Position numbers and translations under genes: made by a program. A stretch of 64,000 nucleotides of DNA from the NCBI RefSeq assembly GCF_965641715.1, contig NZ_OZ282453.1; one strand, given 5' to 3'. The notes beneath the pieces are model-generated. The model saw nothing but the letters and a program-made list of their open reading frames with translations, searched no databases and was not told the DNA's origin. Positions 9,418 through 17,173 of this stretch are shown in pieces. The stretch is from Escherichia coli. GTDB lineage: Bacteria; Pseudomonadota; Gammaproteobacteria; Enterobacterales; Enterobacteriaceae. Position 1 is the stretch's first letter; each line of letters opens with the position of its first letter.

Positions 9418-10601
9418 CAGGCACCTCCCAGCACCGCAAATGCGGGTTCAAAGTATTCATCAGTAAACGTCTGGTAAAGCTCCATGTCTTCCAGTGGCGG
9501 AACGGGCGTATATTTGTAGCGAATACGCACGCGCCCCTGACGTAAATCCGTGGTGCTGTTATCCACCACGTCATACCAGCACTCCGCGCCAATCAGTTTC
9601 CCGGCAGTAACCAGTGAATCCAGTTTTGCCCTGATGGCACTGATAACATCCTTCACGTTCGCAGGCGTCAGTGGACTGTCGATGGTTTCAAACTGCGCTT
9701 CCGCAATTGAATCAGCCAGCACCTGTGCGGTTCGGGTATACACCTCAAAGATGTAGGCGTTCGTTTCCGGTGTGCGGTTGCCCCAGAAGCGGAACCCGTT
9801 GCGACGAATAATGGTCGTGATTTCTTTGTTGTTGAGGCTGTTGGCATCGCTGTCTTCGGCCTGCAACGACCAGAACACATGCTTCGACATCCCCAGCACA
9901 TTTTTAACCGGAACGTTGGACAGTGATTTGTGCCACCCCTGCTCATGGTCAATGTACGCACGAAGGCCGCACGCATAGGCAGGTGCGGGGAACGTTTCGT
10001 TTTTGCCACTTTTCGGGTTGTAGGCGATGAAGTCCGGCCATAAGAGCATCACCTCACGTTCGTTGAATTTCTGGCGGTAGGTAATCGCCTCAGCCATCGT
10101 GTTACAGCCGTGACATGAGGCATACACAAACGCGCGCAGTTTACCCGCAATCACGCACAGGGATTTTGTTACAGCCTCCGTGTCCAGCTCCGGCGCGGCC
10201 AGAATACGCGGACGGTATCCGATGCTTTCATCCTGCTCTGCAACAAGCAGCGCATACATCCCCGTATAGCTGCCGTCAGATTCAGAACCACCGATAACCA
10301 GTTGATCCTGCGTCTTTCCGTCTTCTTCTTTGTGTTCAGCCACGCGAACGACGATCACCTTTGTGCTCACCTGGTCTGCGATGGCCTTAAGCGCACGATA
10401 AAGCGTCCCCGTTGTCCCGCATTTTCCCAGCACGTCATTGACGCGGGTCAGCAGTGTGGGCTTGTTCAGCGGGAACAGCTTCGCGTCCGCATCATCCGCC
10501 GTTGCCACGATACCGATAACGCTGGAATCAACATCGTTAATCGCTGTTACCAGGTCGGTATTTTCCGTAACACGGGCACCATGAAAACGAGTTTCACTCA
10601 T
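9417..10601 (-). CDS. Contractile tail sheath protein (P2 gpFI-like)
   Basis: 394 aa, MSETRFHGARVTENTDLVTAINDVD...; sheath family by size and position upstream of the tube gene. Confidence 0.85.
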   Translation of the reverse strand: MSETRFHGARVTENTDLVTAINDVDSSVIGIVATADDADAKLFPLNKPTLLTRVNDVLGKCGTTGTLYRALKAIADQVSTKVIVVRVAEHKEEDGKTQDQLVIGGSESDGSYTGMYALLVAEQDESIGYRPRILAAPELDTEAVTKSLCVIAGKLRAFVYASCHGCNTMAEAITYRQKFNEREVMLLWPDFIAYNPKSGKNETFPAPAYACGLRAYIDHEQGWHKSLSNVPVKNVLGMSKHVFWSLQAEDSDANSLNNKEITTIIRRNGFRFWGNRTPETNAYIFEVYTRTAQVLADSIAEAQFETIDSPLTPANVKDVISAIRAKLDSLVTAGKLIGAECWYDVVDNSTTDLRQGRVRIRYKYTPVPPLEDMELYQTFTDEYFEPAFAVLGGA

Positions 10602-10758
10602 AGCTTCAGCCCCTTGTATCCGTTAAATGATTCGGCAACAATCATCACCCACCACGCGCGTAATCTCACCCCTGCGCCGTTCTCCCGCCACGGCGACAAC
10701 AAAAAGCAGTAACCCCCTCCGCACGCACATGCGACCATGCCGCACAGGGAGGGAGCAG

Positions 10759-11868
10759 ATGACCGACACCACCATGCAATTGCTCAGTCAGGGCACAGAC
10801 CCCGTGAAAATGCCGGATTTTGATATTCTCGCGGAGGGTAAAACGCTGTCAGGCGTGGCAGAGCGCCTGATGAGCCTGTCAGTGACCGACAACCGGGGAT
10901 TTGAAGCGGACCAGCTCACCATCACGCTGGATGATGCGGATGGTCAGTTGCAGCTACCGCCACGGGGCGCGCGCCTGACGGTTCTCATTGGCTGGAAAGG
11001 AGAACCGCTGACAGAAAAAGGCACTTACATTGTTGATGAAATCGCTCACGAAGGACCGCCGGACAGGCTGACTGTTTCAGCCAGAAGCGCAGATTTTCGG
11101 GATGAATTTAACGTTAAACGTGAGGTGTCCTGGCATGATGTGACCGTTGAGCGTGTGGTATCCGCCATCGCTCATCGGTACGGTCTGAAACCGCAAATCA
11201 GCGAAATGCTGATGGATATCGAAATCGACCACGCCGACCAGACCGAAGAAAGCGACATGTCCTTTCTTACGCGCATGGCGGAAATGCTGGGCGCAATCAC
11301 CACGGTAAAAAGCGGTAATCTGTTATTCATTATGCCAGGCGGTGGCGTGAACGCACAGGGCCAGCCGTTGCCCTCGTTCGCCATCACGCGCAGCAGTGGC
11401 GATCGCCATCAGTTCCGCATTGCTGACCGCGAAGCGTATACGGGGGTACGCGCTTACTGGCTTGATCTTAATTACGGGAAAAAGAAAAAAGTCAGCGTGA
11501 AACGCCGCAAACCGCCAAAACCCAAAAAGGAGAAAAGCAGCAGCCGTGAAGGTGATTATATGGAAGGTGCGGAAGGCAATGTGTTTGTGTTACGCAAGAC
11601 TTATCAGAACGAGCAGGCAGCAAGACGCGCAGCGGCGGCAAAGTGGCAGCAACTACAACGCGGAGCCGCATCATTCTCCATCACGCTGACACGTGGACGA
11701 GCAGAACTCTACCCCGAAATGCATGGCACGGTAACAGGATTTAAAAGCGAGATTGATAATCAGGACTGGATTATTGCGAAAGCCGAGCACACCATTGATA
11801 ACAGTGGCTTTACCACGCAGCTTGAGCTTGAAGCAAAAATCCCGGAATGGATAGCAGAAACAGAGTGA
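10759..11868 (+). CDS. Phage late gene D protein (P2 gpD-like tail protein)
   Basis: 369 aa from the ATG preceded by GGGAGGGAG. Lysine-rich central linker and overall layout match gpD. Divergent from the sheath gene. Confidence 0.8.
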   Translation: MTDTTMQLLSQGTDPVKMPDFDILAEGKTLSGVAERLMSLSVTDNRGFEADQLTITLDDADGQLQLPPRGARLTVLIGWKGEPLTEKGTYIVDEIAHEGPPDRLTVSARSADFRDEFNVKREVSWHDVTVERVVSAIAHRYGLKPQISEMLMDIEIDHADQTEESDMSFLTRMAEMLGAITTVKSGNLLFIMPGGGVNAQGQPLPSFAITRSSGDRHQFRIADREAYTGVRAYWLDLNYGKKKKVSVKRRKPPKPKKEKSSSREGDYMEGAEGNVFVLRKTYQNEQAARRAAAAKWQQLQRGAASFSITLTRGRAELYPEMHGTVTGFKSEIDNQDWIIAKAEHTIDNSGFTTQLELEAKIPEWIAETE

Positions 11869-11910
11869 GCAACTTAGAATAGCGGCAGCACCACGTTAAG
11901 GGAGGTCGCT

Positions 11911-12171
11911 ATGTTCCGTTGTCCGCTTTGTGGCGCATCTGCCCGTATCCGCACCAGTCGTCCGGAAAATGATTCAAACACCGTGCGGCAAAAGTATTAC
12001 CAGTGTAACAATCTGGAATGCGGCGTATGCTTCTCAACACTGGAAGCTTTCCATAAATTCACATCGAAACACGCCTCCGGCGTTCACTCTTCAGAAGGTA
12101 TCCCGTGGCATGAGCTGCCAGCTTCACACAGGGGAAACAATCAGATGAGTTTGCCTTTATCTCAGAATTAA
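11911..12171 (+). CDS. ogr: Ogr/Delta-family zinc-finger late transcription activator
   Basis: 86 aa, CPLC...X...CNNLEC four-cysteine pattern, N-terminus MFRCPLCG like P2 Ogr, directly after D. Confidence 0.8.
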   Translation: MFRCPLCGASARIRTSRPENDSNTVRQKYYQCNNLECGVCFSTLEAFHKFTSKHASGVHSSEGIPWHELPASHRGNNQMSLPLSQN

Positions 12172-12259
12172 CAGGCAGAATTGCCGGAGTAACAAAAAAG
12201 CGATAGATTACGCGCGGGTGCCTTTCGGCTGATGGTCGGAGGGAATACCCGAAGGCCAG

Positions 12260-12496
12260 ATGTGGAAAGGCCCCGGAAAACATTTCTGTTTAACCGAGGC
12301 CCTAACACTTCTTACCTTCGCAAGTAGAAGGTTAGCGCCTCTCCTCTCAGGAGACAAGCGTTATGACGCAAATTCCGTTAAAAACCCTGTTACTTTGCAT
12401 AACTGCGGTAGCGATAATCTGGATCCTCCACACATCACCGTGCGAGTTACGATTCAGGTTTGCTGGCACGGAAATTGCGGCATTCTTACTATGTAA
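12260..12496 (+). CDS. mok-like overlapping reading frame of the hok locus
   Basis: 78-codon frame starts 103 nt upstream of hok and overlaps it out of frame, as mok does in hok/sok loci; GAAGG precedes the ATG. Confidence 0.4.
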   Translation: MWKGPGKHFCLTEALTLLTFASRRLAPLLSGDKRYDANSVKNPVTLHNCGSDNLDPPHITVRVTIQVCWHGNCGILTM

Positions 12497-12503
12497 TAAG
12501 TAA
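12363..12503 (+). CDS. Hok/Gef-family type I toxin (small membrane peptide)
   Basis: 46 aa MTQIPLKTLLLCITAVAIIWILHTSPCELRFRFAGTEIAAFLLCNK: hydrophobic helix followed by C-E-L-R-F-R and E-I-A-A-F motifs. AGGAG lies 9 nt upstream. Below the 60-aa cutoff of the ORF track. Confidence 0.75.
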   Translation: MTQIPLKTLLLCITAVAIIWILHTSPCELRFRFAGTEIAAFLLCNK

Positions 12504-12590
12504 GATAACCGCGACGGGGGAGTAATCCCCCGTCAATCGGTTGCTAAGGTTGGTCGAAACGGCATCCTATCTCACAGACATGAACAACAA

Positions 12591-12622
12591 ACCCGCAGCG
12601 TAAAAACTGCGGGTTTTCTTTT
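12591..12622 (+). terminator. Intrinsic terminator downstream of hok
   Basis: acccgcag-cgtaaaaa-ctgcgggt hairpin followed by tttctttttg. Confidence 0.6.
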
Positions 12623-12670
12623 TGCTACCCTCACAAATGAGGGCACCATACATAAGCAATAGGCATAACA

Positions 12671-12710
12671 GATCGATGCAATAAATCCGATCGATAAAAA
12701 CGATCGATTT
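12671..12710. promoter_or_regulatory. Cluster of three GATCGAT (Dam-site) repeats upstream of com
   Basis: GATCGAT at 12671, 12690 and 12703, 40-80 bp upstream of the com start. Resembles the three-GATC regulatory region of the Mu mom operon. Confidence 0.4.
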
Positions 12711-12752
12711 GTTATCATATCGGCAGCAGTAACCACACAAGAGGTGCCGCAA

Positions 12753-12950
12753 ATGACGCAAAATGTACGATGCAAAAATTGCAACAAACTACTTGCCCGC
12801 GCCTCATTTCACTACATTGAAATAAAATGTCCGCGCTGCAAAACACTTAACCAGATAACGAGAGCCATCGAGCACCCCACACACATGAGGAGTTATGACC
12901 GTGGGGATCGCAATCCAGCACCAACCAGCACATACGCCAGAACACACTAA
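12753..12950 (+). CDS. com: Com-like zinc-finger translational regulator (Mu Com family)
   Basis: 65 aa, MTQNVRCKNCNKLLARASFHYIEIKCPRCK..., matching the Mu Com CKNCNKLL...IEI(R/K)CPRCK pattern. AAGAGG RBS; 3' end overlaps the methyltransferase start. Confidence 0.7.
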   Translation: MTQNVRCKNCNKLLARASFHYIEIKCPRCKTLNQITRAIEHPTHMRSYDRGDRNPAPTSTYARTH

Positions 12951-13701
12951 GGTTTATCAGACTGACAATGTCACGCTCTGTTGTGGGAATGCACTGGAAA
13001 TATTGCCGCTGATTGAGCCAGAAAGCATTGATGCCTTAATCACTGACCCGCCTTACAGTTCGGGTGCGACACACAAGGCCGGACGCACCAATCAGGGCAG
13101 CCATGCAAAATATCTGAACGGCGAGAACCTTCACCGCTTTGATGGGTTCGCGGGTGAAAACATGGACGCCCGTTCGTGGGCTTACTGGACACAATTATGG
13201 ATGGCACAGGCACACCGCGCAGTCAGGCCAGGCGGTTATGCCATGGTATTTACTGACTGGCGACAACTACCAGCTTTAACCGATGCGTTTCAGGCCAGTG
13301 GCTTTACATGGCGCGGCATCATTGCGTGGAACAAGGGGAGGGGGTCACGAACACCACATACCGGGTATTTCCGGCATCAGTGCGAATACATCGTCTGGGG
13401 CAGCAAAGGCCATTTAGATAAATCGCCTTCGGGGCCGTTCGACGGCTGCATGACGTACCCGGTTATCCCGTCAAAGAAAATGCACCCGACCGGAAAACCA
13501 GAAGAACTAATGGCGGAACTGGTCAGGACTGTGAATAGTGGCGGAACAGTCCTTGATCCTTTTATGGGGTCAGGGACAACGGGTGTGGCTGCACTGAAAG
13601 CAGGGCGAAAATTTATTGGTATAGAAACCAGTGATCATTATTTTGAGGTAGCAGCGCAGCGGCTTCGGGGGACTATTACCACAACCATTTCGGCTACATA
13701 A
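12895..13701 (+). CDS. DNA methyltransferase, beta-class (N6-adenine or N4-cytosine), no restriction partner in window
   Basis: 268 aa with motif order DPPY before FMGSGTT. No restriction endonuclease nearby. Start overlaps the end of com by 56 nt. Confidence 0.85.
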   Translation: MTVGIAIQHQPAHTPEHTKVYQTDNVTLCCGNALEILPLIEPESIDALITDPPYSSGATHKAGRTNQGSHAKYLNGENLHRFDGFAGENMDARSWAYWTQLWMAQAHRAVRPGGYAMVFTDWRQLPALTDAFQASGFTWRGIIAWNKGRGSRTPHTGYFRHQCEYIVWGSKGHLDKSPSGPFDGCMTYPVIPSKKMHPTGKPEELMAELVRTVNSGGTVLDPFMGSGTTGVAALKAGRKFIGIETSDHYFEVAAQRLRGTITTTISAT

Positions 13702-13704
13702 GAC

Positions 13705-13730
13705 AAAGCCCGCATTTTTTGCGGGCTTGT
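13705..13730 (+). terminator. Hairpin after the methyltransferase gene
   Basis: aaagcccgc-atttttt-gcgggctt stem-loop four bases after the stop codon. Confidence 0.45.
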
Positions 13731-13803
13731 ATATCATTACTGATGTGGACAGTTTGTGGATGTTTATAAGAAATAAGCTAATAGAAACAATTTGTTAGCT
13801 TTA

Positions 13804-13828
13804 CAAAAAACGCGCCCGAAGGCGCGTT
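13804..13828 (-). terminator. raiA intrinsic terminator
   Basis: Minus strand reads gcgccttcgggcgcg followed by TTTTTTGT, just downstream of the raiA stop. Confidence 0.8.
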
Positions 13829-13851
13829 GGCGATACACTCAATATAAAGGA

Positions 13852-14247
<396 letters not shown>

Positions 14248-14416
14248 TCAAAATGTGTGATGGAAATCTCATAATTTTGTCACTTTTTGTCAACGAATCT
14301 TTTTTGTGAGAAATCGCAGGAAGAGGTGTTTTTTTACTTGAGGAATATCTCAAAGCGAGCCATATTTGATGAGATCGATAGTGACTAAATCGCTTCAGTT
14401 TCACAACTGACAGAAT

Positions 14417-14447
14417 AAAAAAACGGCAGCTCAAGGGCTGCCGTTTT
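14417..14447 (-). terminator. bamD intrinsic terminator
   Basis: aacggcagc-tcaagg-gctgccgtt hairpin with T-run on the minus strand. Confidence 0.6.
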
Positions 14448-14463
14448 GTGTTTCAGGTTTCTG

Positions 14464-15201
14464 TTATGTATTGCTGCTGTTTGCGGCGATGATTTTCGCT
14501 ACTTTTTCAGCTTGCGCATTCATCTGCATCTGACGGTATGCATTTTCCATCAGCGGCAGCGCATCACGCGTAGCCTGGGTATCCGGGTAGTCGCGCAACA
14601 TGCCTTCTACGCGGTTAACGACGGCAACCCATGCGCCACGTTCTGTATAGTACTCGGCCACGGAGTATTCATATTTCGCCAGACGATCTTTCAGGAATAC
14701 CAGACGTTTGGTGGCATCGGTGGTGTACTGACTGTTTGGATAGCCGCGCACCAGTTTGGAAAAGTCACTAAACGCAGCTCGTGCATGTTGAGGATCGCGA
14801 TCGCTACGGTCAACGCCAAAGAACCCTTGCAGCGCACTGTCATCCAGCGCCATATTGGTCAGGCCACGCATGTACATGACATAATCGATATTCGGATGGG
14901 TCGGGTTAAGGCGAATAAAACGATCGATGGCAGCCTGCGCTAACGGCAAATCGGCGTTTTTATAGTAGGCGTAGATGAGATCCAGCTGCACCTGCTGCGA
15001 ATACGGACCAAACGGATAGCGATTATCTAACGCTTCCAGTTGCGTTATTGCCTGTCTCCAGTTACCGTCCTGCAGCTTTTGTTGTGCAGTCGCGTAAATT
15101 TCATTTGGCGGATTATCAGGTACTTCTTCCTTTGACCCCGAGCAACCCGCCAAAAACAGGCTTAGTGTGGCGGCTGCCACCAGATATTTCATGCGCGTCA
15201 T
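14464..15201 (-). CDS. bamD: Outer-membrane protein assembly lipoprotein BamD (YfiO)
   Basis: 245 aa, lipoprotein signal [11 protein letters not shown]-like body; synteny. Confidence 0.95.
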
Positions 15202-15335
15202 GACGTTTTGACTTTCCTCAAAATGTAATACGGGAGATTCTCTGTTCCTGCTCCCGGTTAAGACCAGCTACAATAGCACACTATATTAAACGGCAAAGCC
15301 GTAAAACCCCAACGATAAACGAAGAAGCAGTATAT

Positions 15336-16316
15336 ATGGCACAACGAGTACAGCTCACTGCAACGGTGTCCGAAAACCAACTCGGTCAACGCTTAGATCA
15401 GGCTTTGGCCGAAATGTTCCCGGATTATTCACGTTCGCGAATAAAAGAATGGATCCTCGACCAGCGCGTGCTGGTTAACGGCAAACTTTGTGATAAGCCG
15501 AAAGAAAAAGTATTGGGTGGCGAGCAGGTTGCCATCAACGCAGAGATTGAAGAAGAAGCGCGTTTTGAACCGCAGGATATCCCGCTGGATATCGTCTATG
15601 AAGATGAAGACATCATCGTCATTAATAAACCGCGCGACCTGGTGGTTCATCCTGGCGCGGGTAACCCGGATGGCACGGTACTGAATGCGTTGCTTCATTA
15701 TTATCCGCCTATTGCCGATGTACCGCGTGCGGGCATCGTCCATCGTCTGGATAAAGACACCACTGGCCTGATGGTTGTGGCAAAAACCGTTCCGGCTCAG
15801 ACGCGTTTAGTCGAATCTTTGCAAAGGCGTGAAATTACTCGTGAGTACGAAGCGGTGGCGATTGGTCATATGACCGCTGGCGGTACGGTGGATGAGCCAA
15901 TCAGTCGCCACCCGACCAAACGTACTCACATGGCGGTGCATCCGATGGGCAAACCAGCGGTGACTCACTATCGCATCATGGAACACTTCCGTGTGCACAC
16001 GCGTCTGCGGTTGCGTCTGGAAACTGGACGTACGCACCAGATCCGCGTGCATATGGCCCATATCACTCATCCGCTGGTGGGCGATCCGGTTTATGGTGGC
16101 CGTCCGCGTCCGCCAAAAGGTGCTTCGGAAGCGTTTATCTCCACGCTGCGTAAATTTGACCGCCAGGCGCTTCATGCAACCATGCTGCGTCTTTATCACC
16201 CGATCTCCGGTATCGAAATGGAATGGCATGCGCCTATTCCACAAGATATGGTGGAGCTGATTGAGGTGATGCGCGCCGATTTCGAAGAGCATAAAGATGA
16301 AGTGGACTGGTTATGA
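15336..16316 (+). CDS. rluD: 23S rRNA pseudouridine synthase RluD
   Basis: 326 aa, S4 domain plus RluA-family catalytic core (HRLDKDTTG). Confidence 0.95.
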   Translation: MAQRVQLTATVSENQLGQRLDQALAEMFPDYSRSRIKEWILDQRVLVNGKLCDKPKEKVLGGEQVAINAEIEEEARFEPQDIPLDIVYEDEDIIVINKPRDLVVHPGAGNPDGTVLNALLHYYPPIADVPRAGIVHRLDKDTTGLMVVAKTVPAQTRLVESLQRREITREYEAVAIGHMTAGGTVDEPISRHPTKRTHMAVHPMGKPAVTHYRIMEHFRVHTRLRLRLETGRTHQIRVHMAHITHPLVGDPVYGGRPRPPKGASEAFISTLRKFDRQALHATMLRLYHPISGIEMEWHAPIPQDMVELIEVMRADFEEHKDEVDWL

Positions 16317-17044
16317 GTAAGCTGATTGTCCCGCAGTGGCCGCTGCCAAAAGGTGTTGCGGCCTGTAGCTCTACTCGTATCGGCGGCGTGAGCTTGCCCC
16401 CGTATGACTCGCTCAACCTCGGTGCCCATTGTGGCGATAACCCGGATCACGTTGAGGAGAATCGCAAGCGACTTTTTGCTGCGGGCAATTTGCCTTCTAA
16501 ACCGGTCTGGCTTGAGCAGGTACACGGCAAAGATGTGCTTAATCTTACTGGCGAACCTTATGCCTCAAAACGAGCAGATGCCTCTTATAGCAATACGCCC
16601 GGCACGGTTTGCGCAGTGATGACTGCCGACTGCCTCCCTGTGCTGTTTTGCAATCGAGCGGGAACGGAAGTCGCCGCCGCTCATGCTGGCTGGCGTGGAC
16701 TGTGCGCAGGCGTGCTGGAAGAGACAGTTTCCTGTTTTGCTGATAATCCAGAAAATATTCTCGCCTGGTTAGGGCCGGCAATTGGTCCACGCGCGTTCGA
16801 AGTGGGGGCGGAGGTTCGCGAGGCGTTTATGGCAGCAGACGCCAAAGCGAGTACAGCTTTCATTCAGCATGGTGATAAGTATCTGGCGGATATTTATCTG
16901 CTTGCCCGGCAGCGTCTGGCGAGCGTTGGTGTTGAACAAATTTTCGGCGGCGACCGTTGTACATATACGGAAAATGAGACTTTCTTCTCTTATCGTCGCG
17001 ACAAGACCACCGGGCGTATGGCAAGTTTCATTTGGCTGATATAA
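16313..17044 (+). CDS. yfiH: YfiH/PgeF family protein (DUF152)
   Basis: 243 aa, overlaps rluD stop; K-12 synteny. Confidence 0.9.
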   Translation: MSKLIVPQWPLPKGVAACSSTRIGGVSLPPYDSLNLGAHCGDNPDHVEENRKRLFAAGNLPSKPVWLEQVHGKDVLNLTGEPYASKRADASYSNTPGTVCAVMTADCLPVLFCNRAGTEVAAAHAGWRGLCAGVLEETVSCFADNPENILAWLGPAIGPRAFEVGAEVREAFMAADAKASTAFIQHGDKYLADIYLLARQRLASVGVEQIFGGDRCTYTENETFFSYRRDKTTGRMASFIWLI

Positions 17045-17106
17045 CCTAAAGAATCAAGACGATCCGGTACGCGTGATTTTCTTTTCACATTAATCTGGTC
17101 AATAAC

Positions 17107-17134
17107 CTTGAATAATTGAGGGATGACCTCATTT
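17107..17134 (+). promoter_or_regulatory. Sigma-32 heat-shock promoter of clpB
   Basis: CTTGAA, 14 nt spacer, CCTCATTT (consensus CCCCATnT), about 40 bp upstream of the clpB start. Confidence 0.65.
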
Positions 17135-17173
17135 AATCTCCAGTAGCAACTTTGATCCGTTATGGGAGGAGTT

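Noticed and set aside
10302-10712. 136-aa plus-strand ORF overlapping the sheath gene start
   Set aside because: Antisense to the sheath N-terminus and promoter region, no family features; the region is better explained by the FI start and the divergent D gene.
12059-12283. 74-aa minus-strand ORF spanning the ogr 3' end and the hok leader
   Set aside because: Overlaps ogr in antisense and has no start context; the region is better explained by the hok leader and its expected antisense RNA.
12671-12710. Possible CRISPR-like or iteron array from the repeated GATCGAT motifs
   Set aside because: Only three short 7-bp palindromes with irregular spacing (19 and 13 bp) and no spacer structure; better read as a methylation-sensitive regulatory cluster upstream of com.
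12567-12787. Two overlapping 64- and 71-aa minus-strand ORFs between hok and com
   Set aside because: Cys-rich low-complexity translations running across the hok terminator and GATCGAT cluster, no RBS; likely non-coding.
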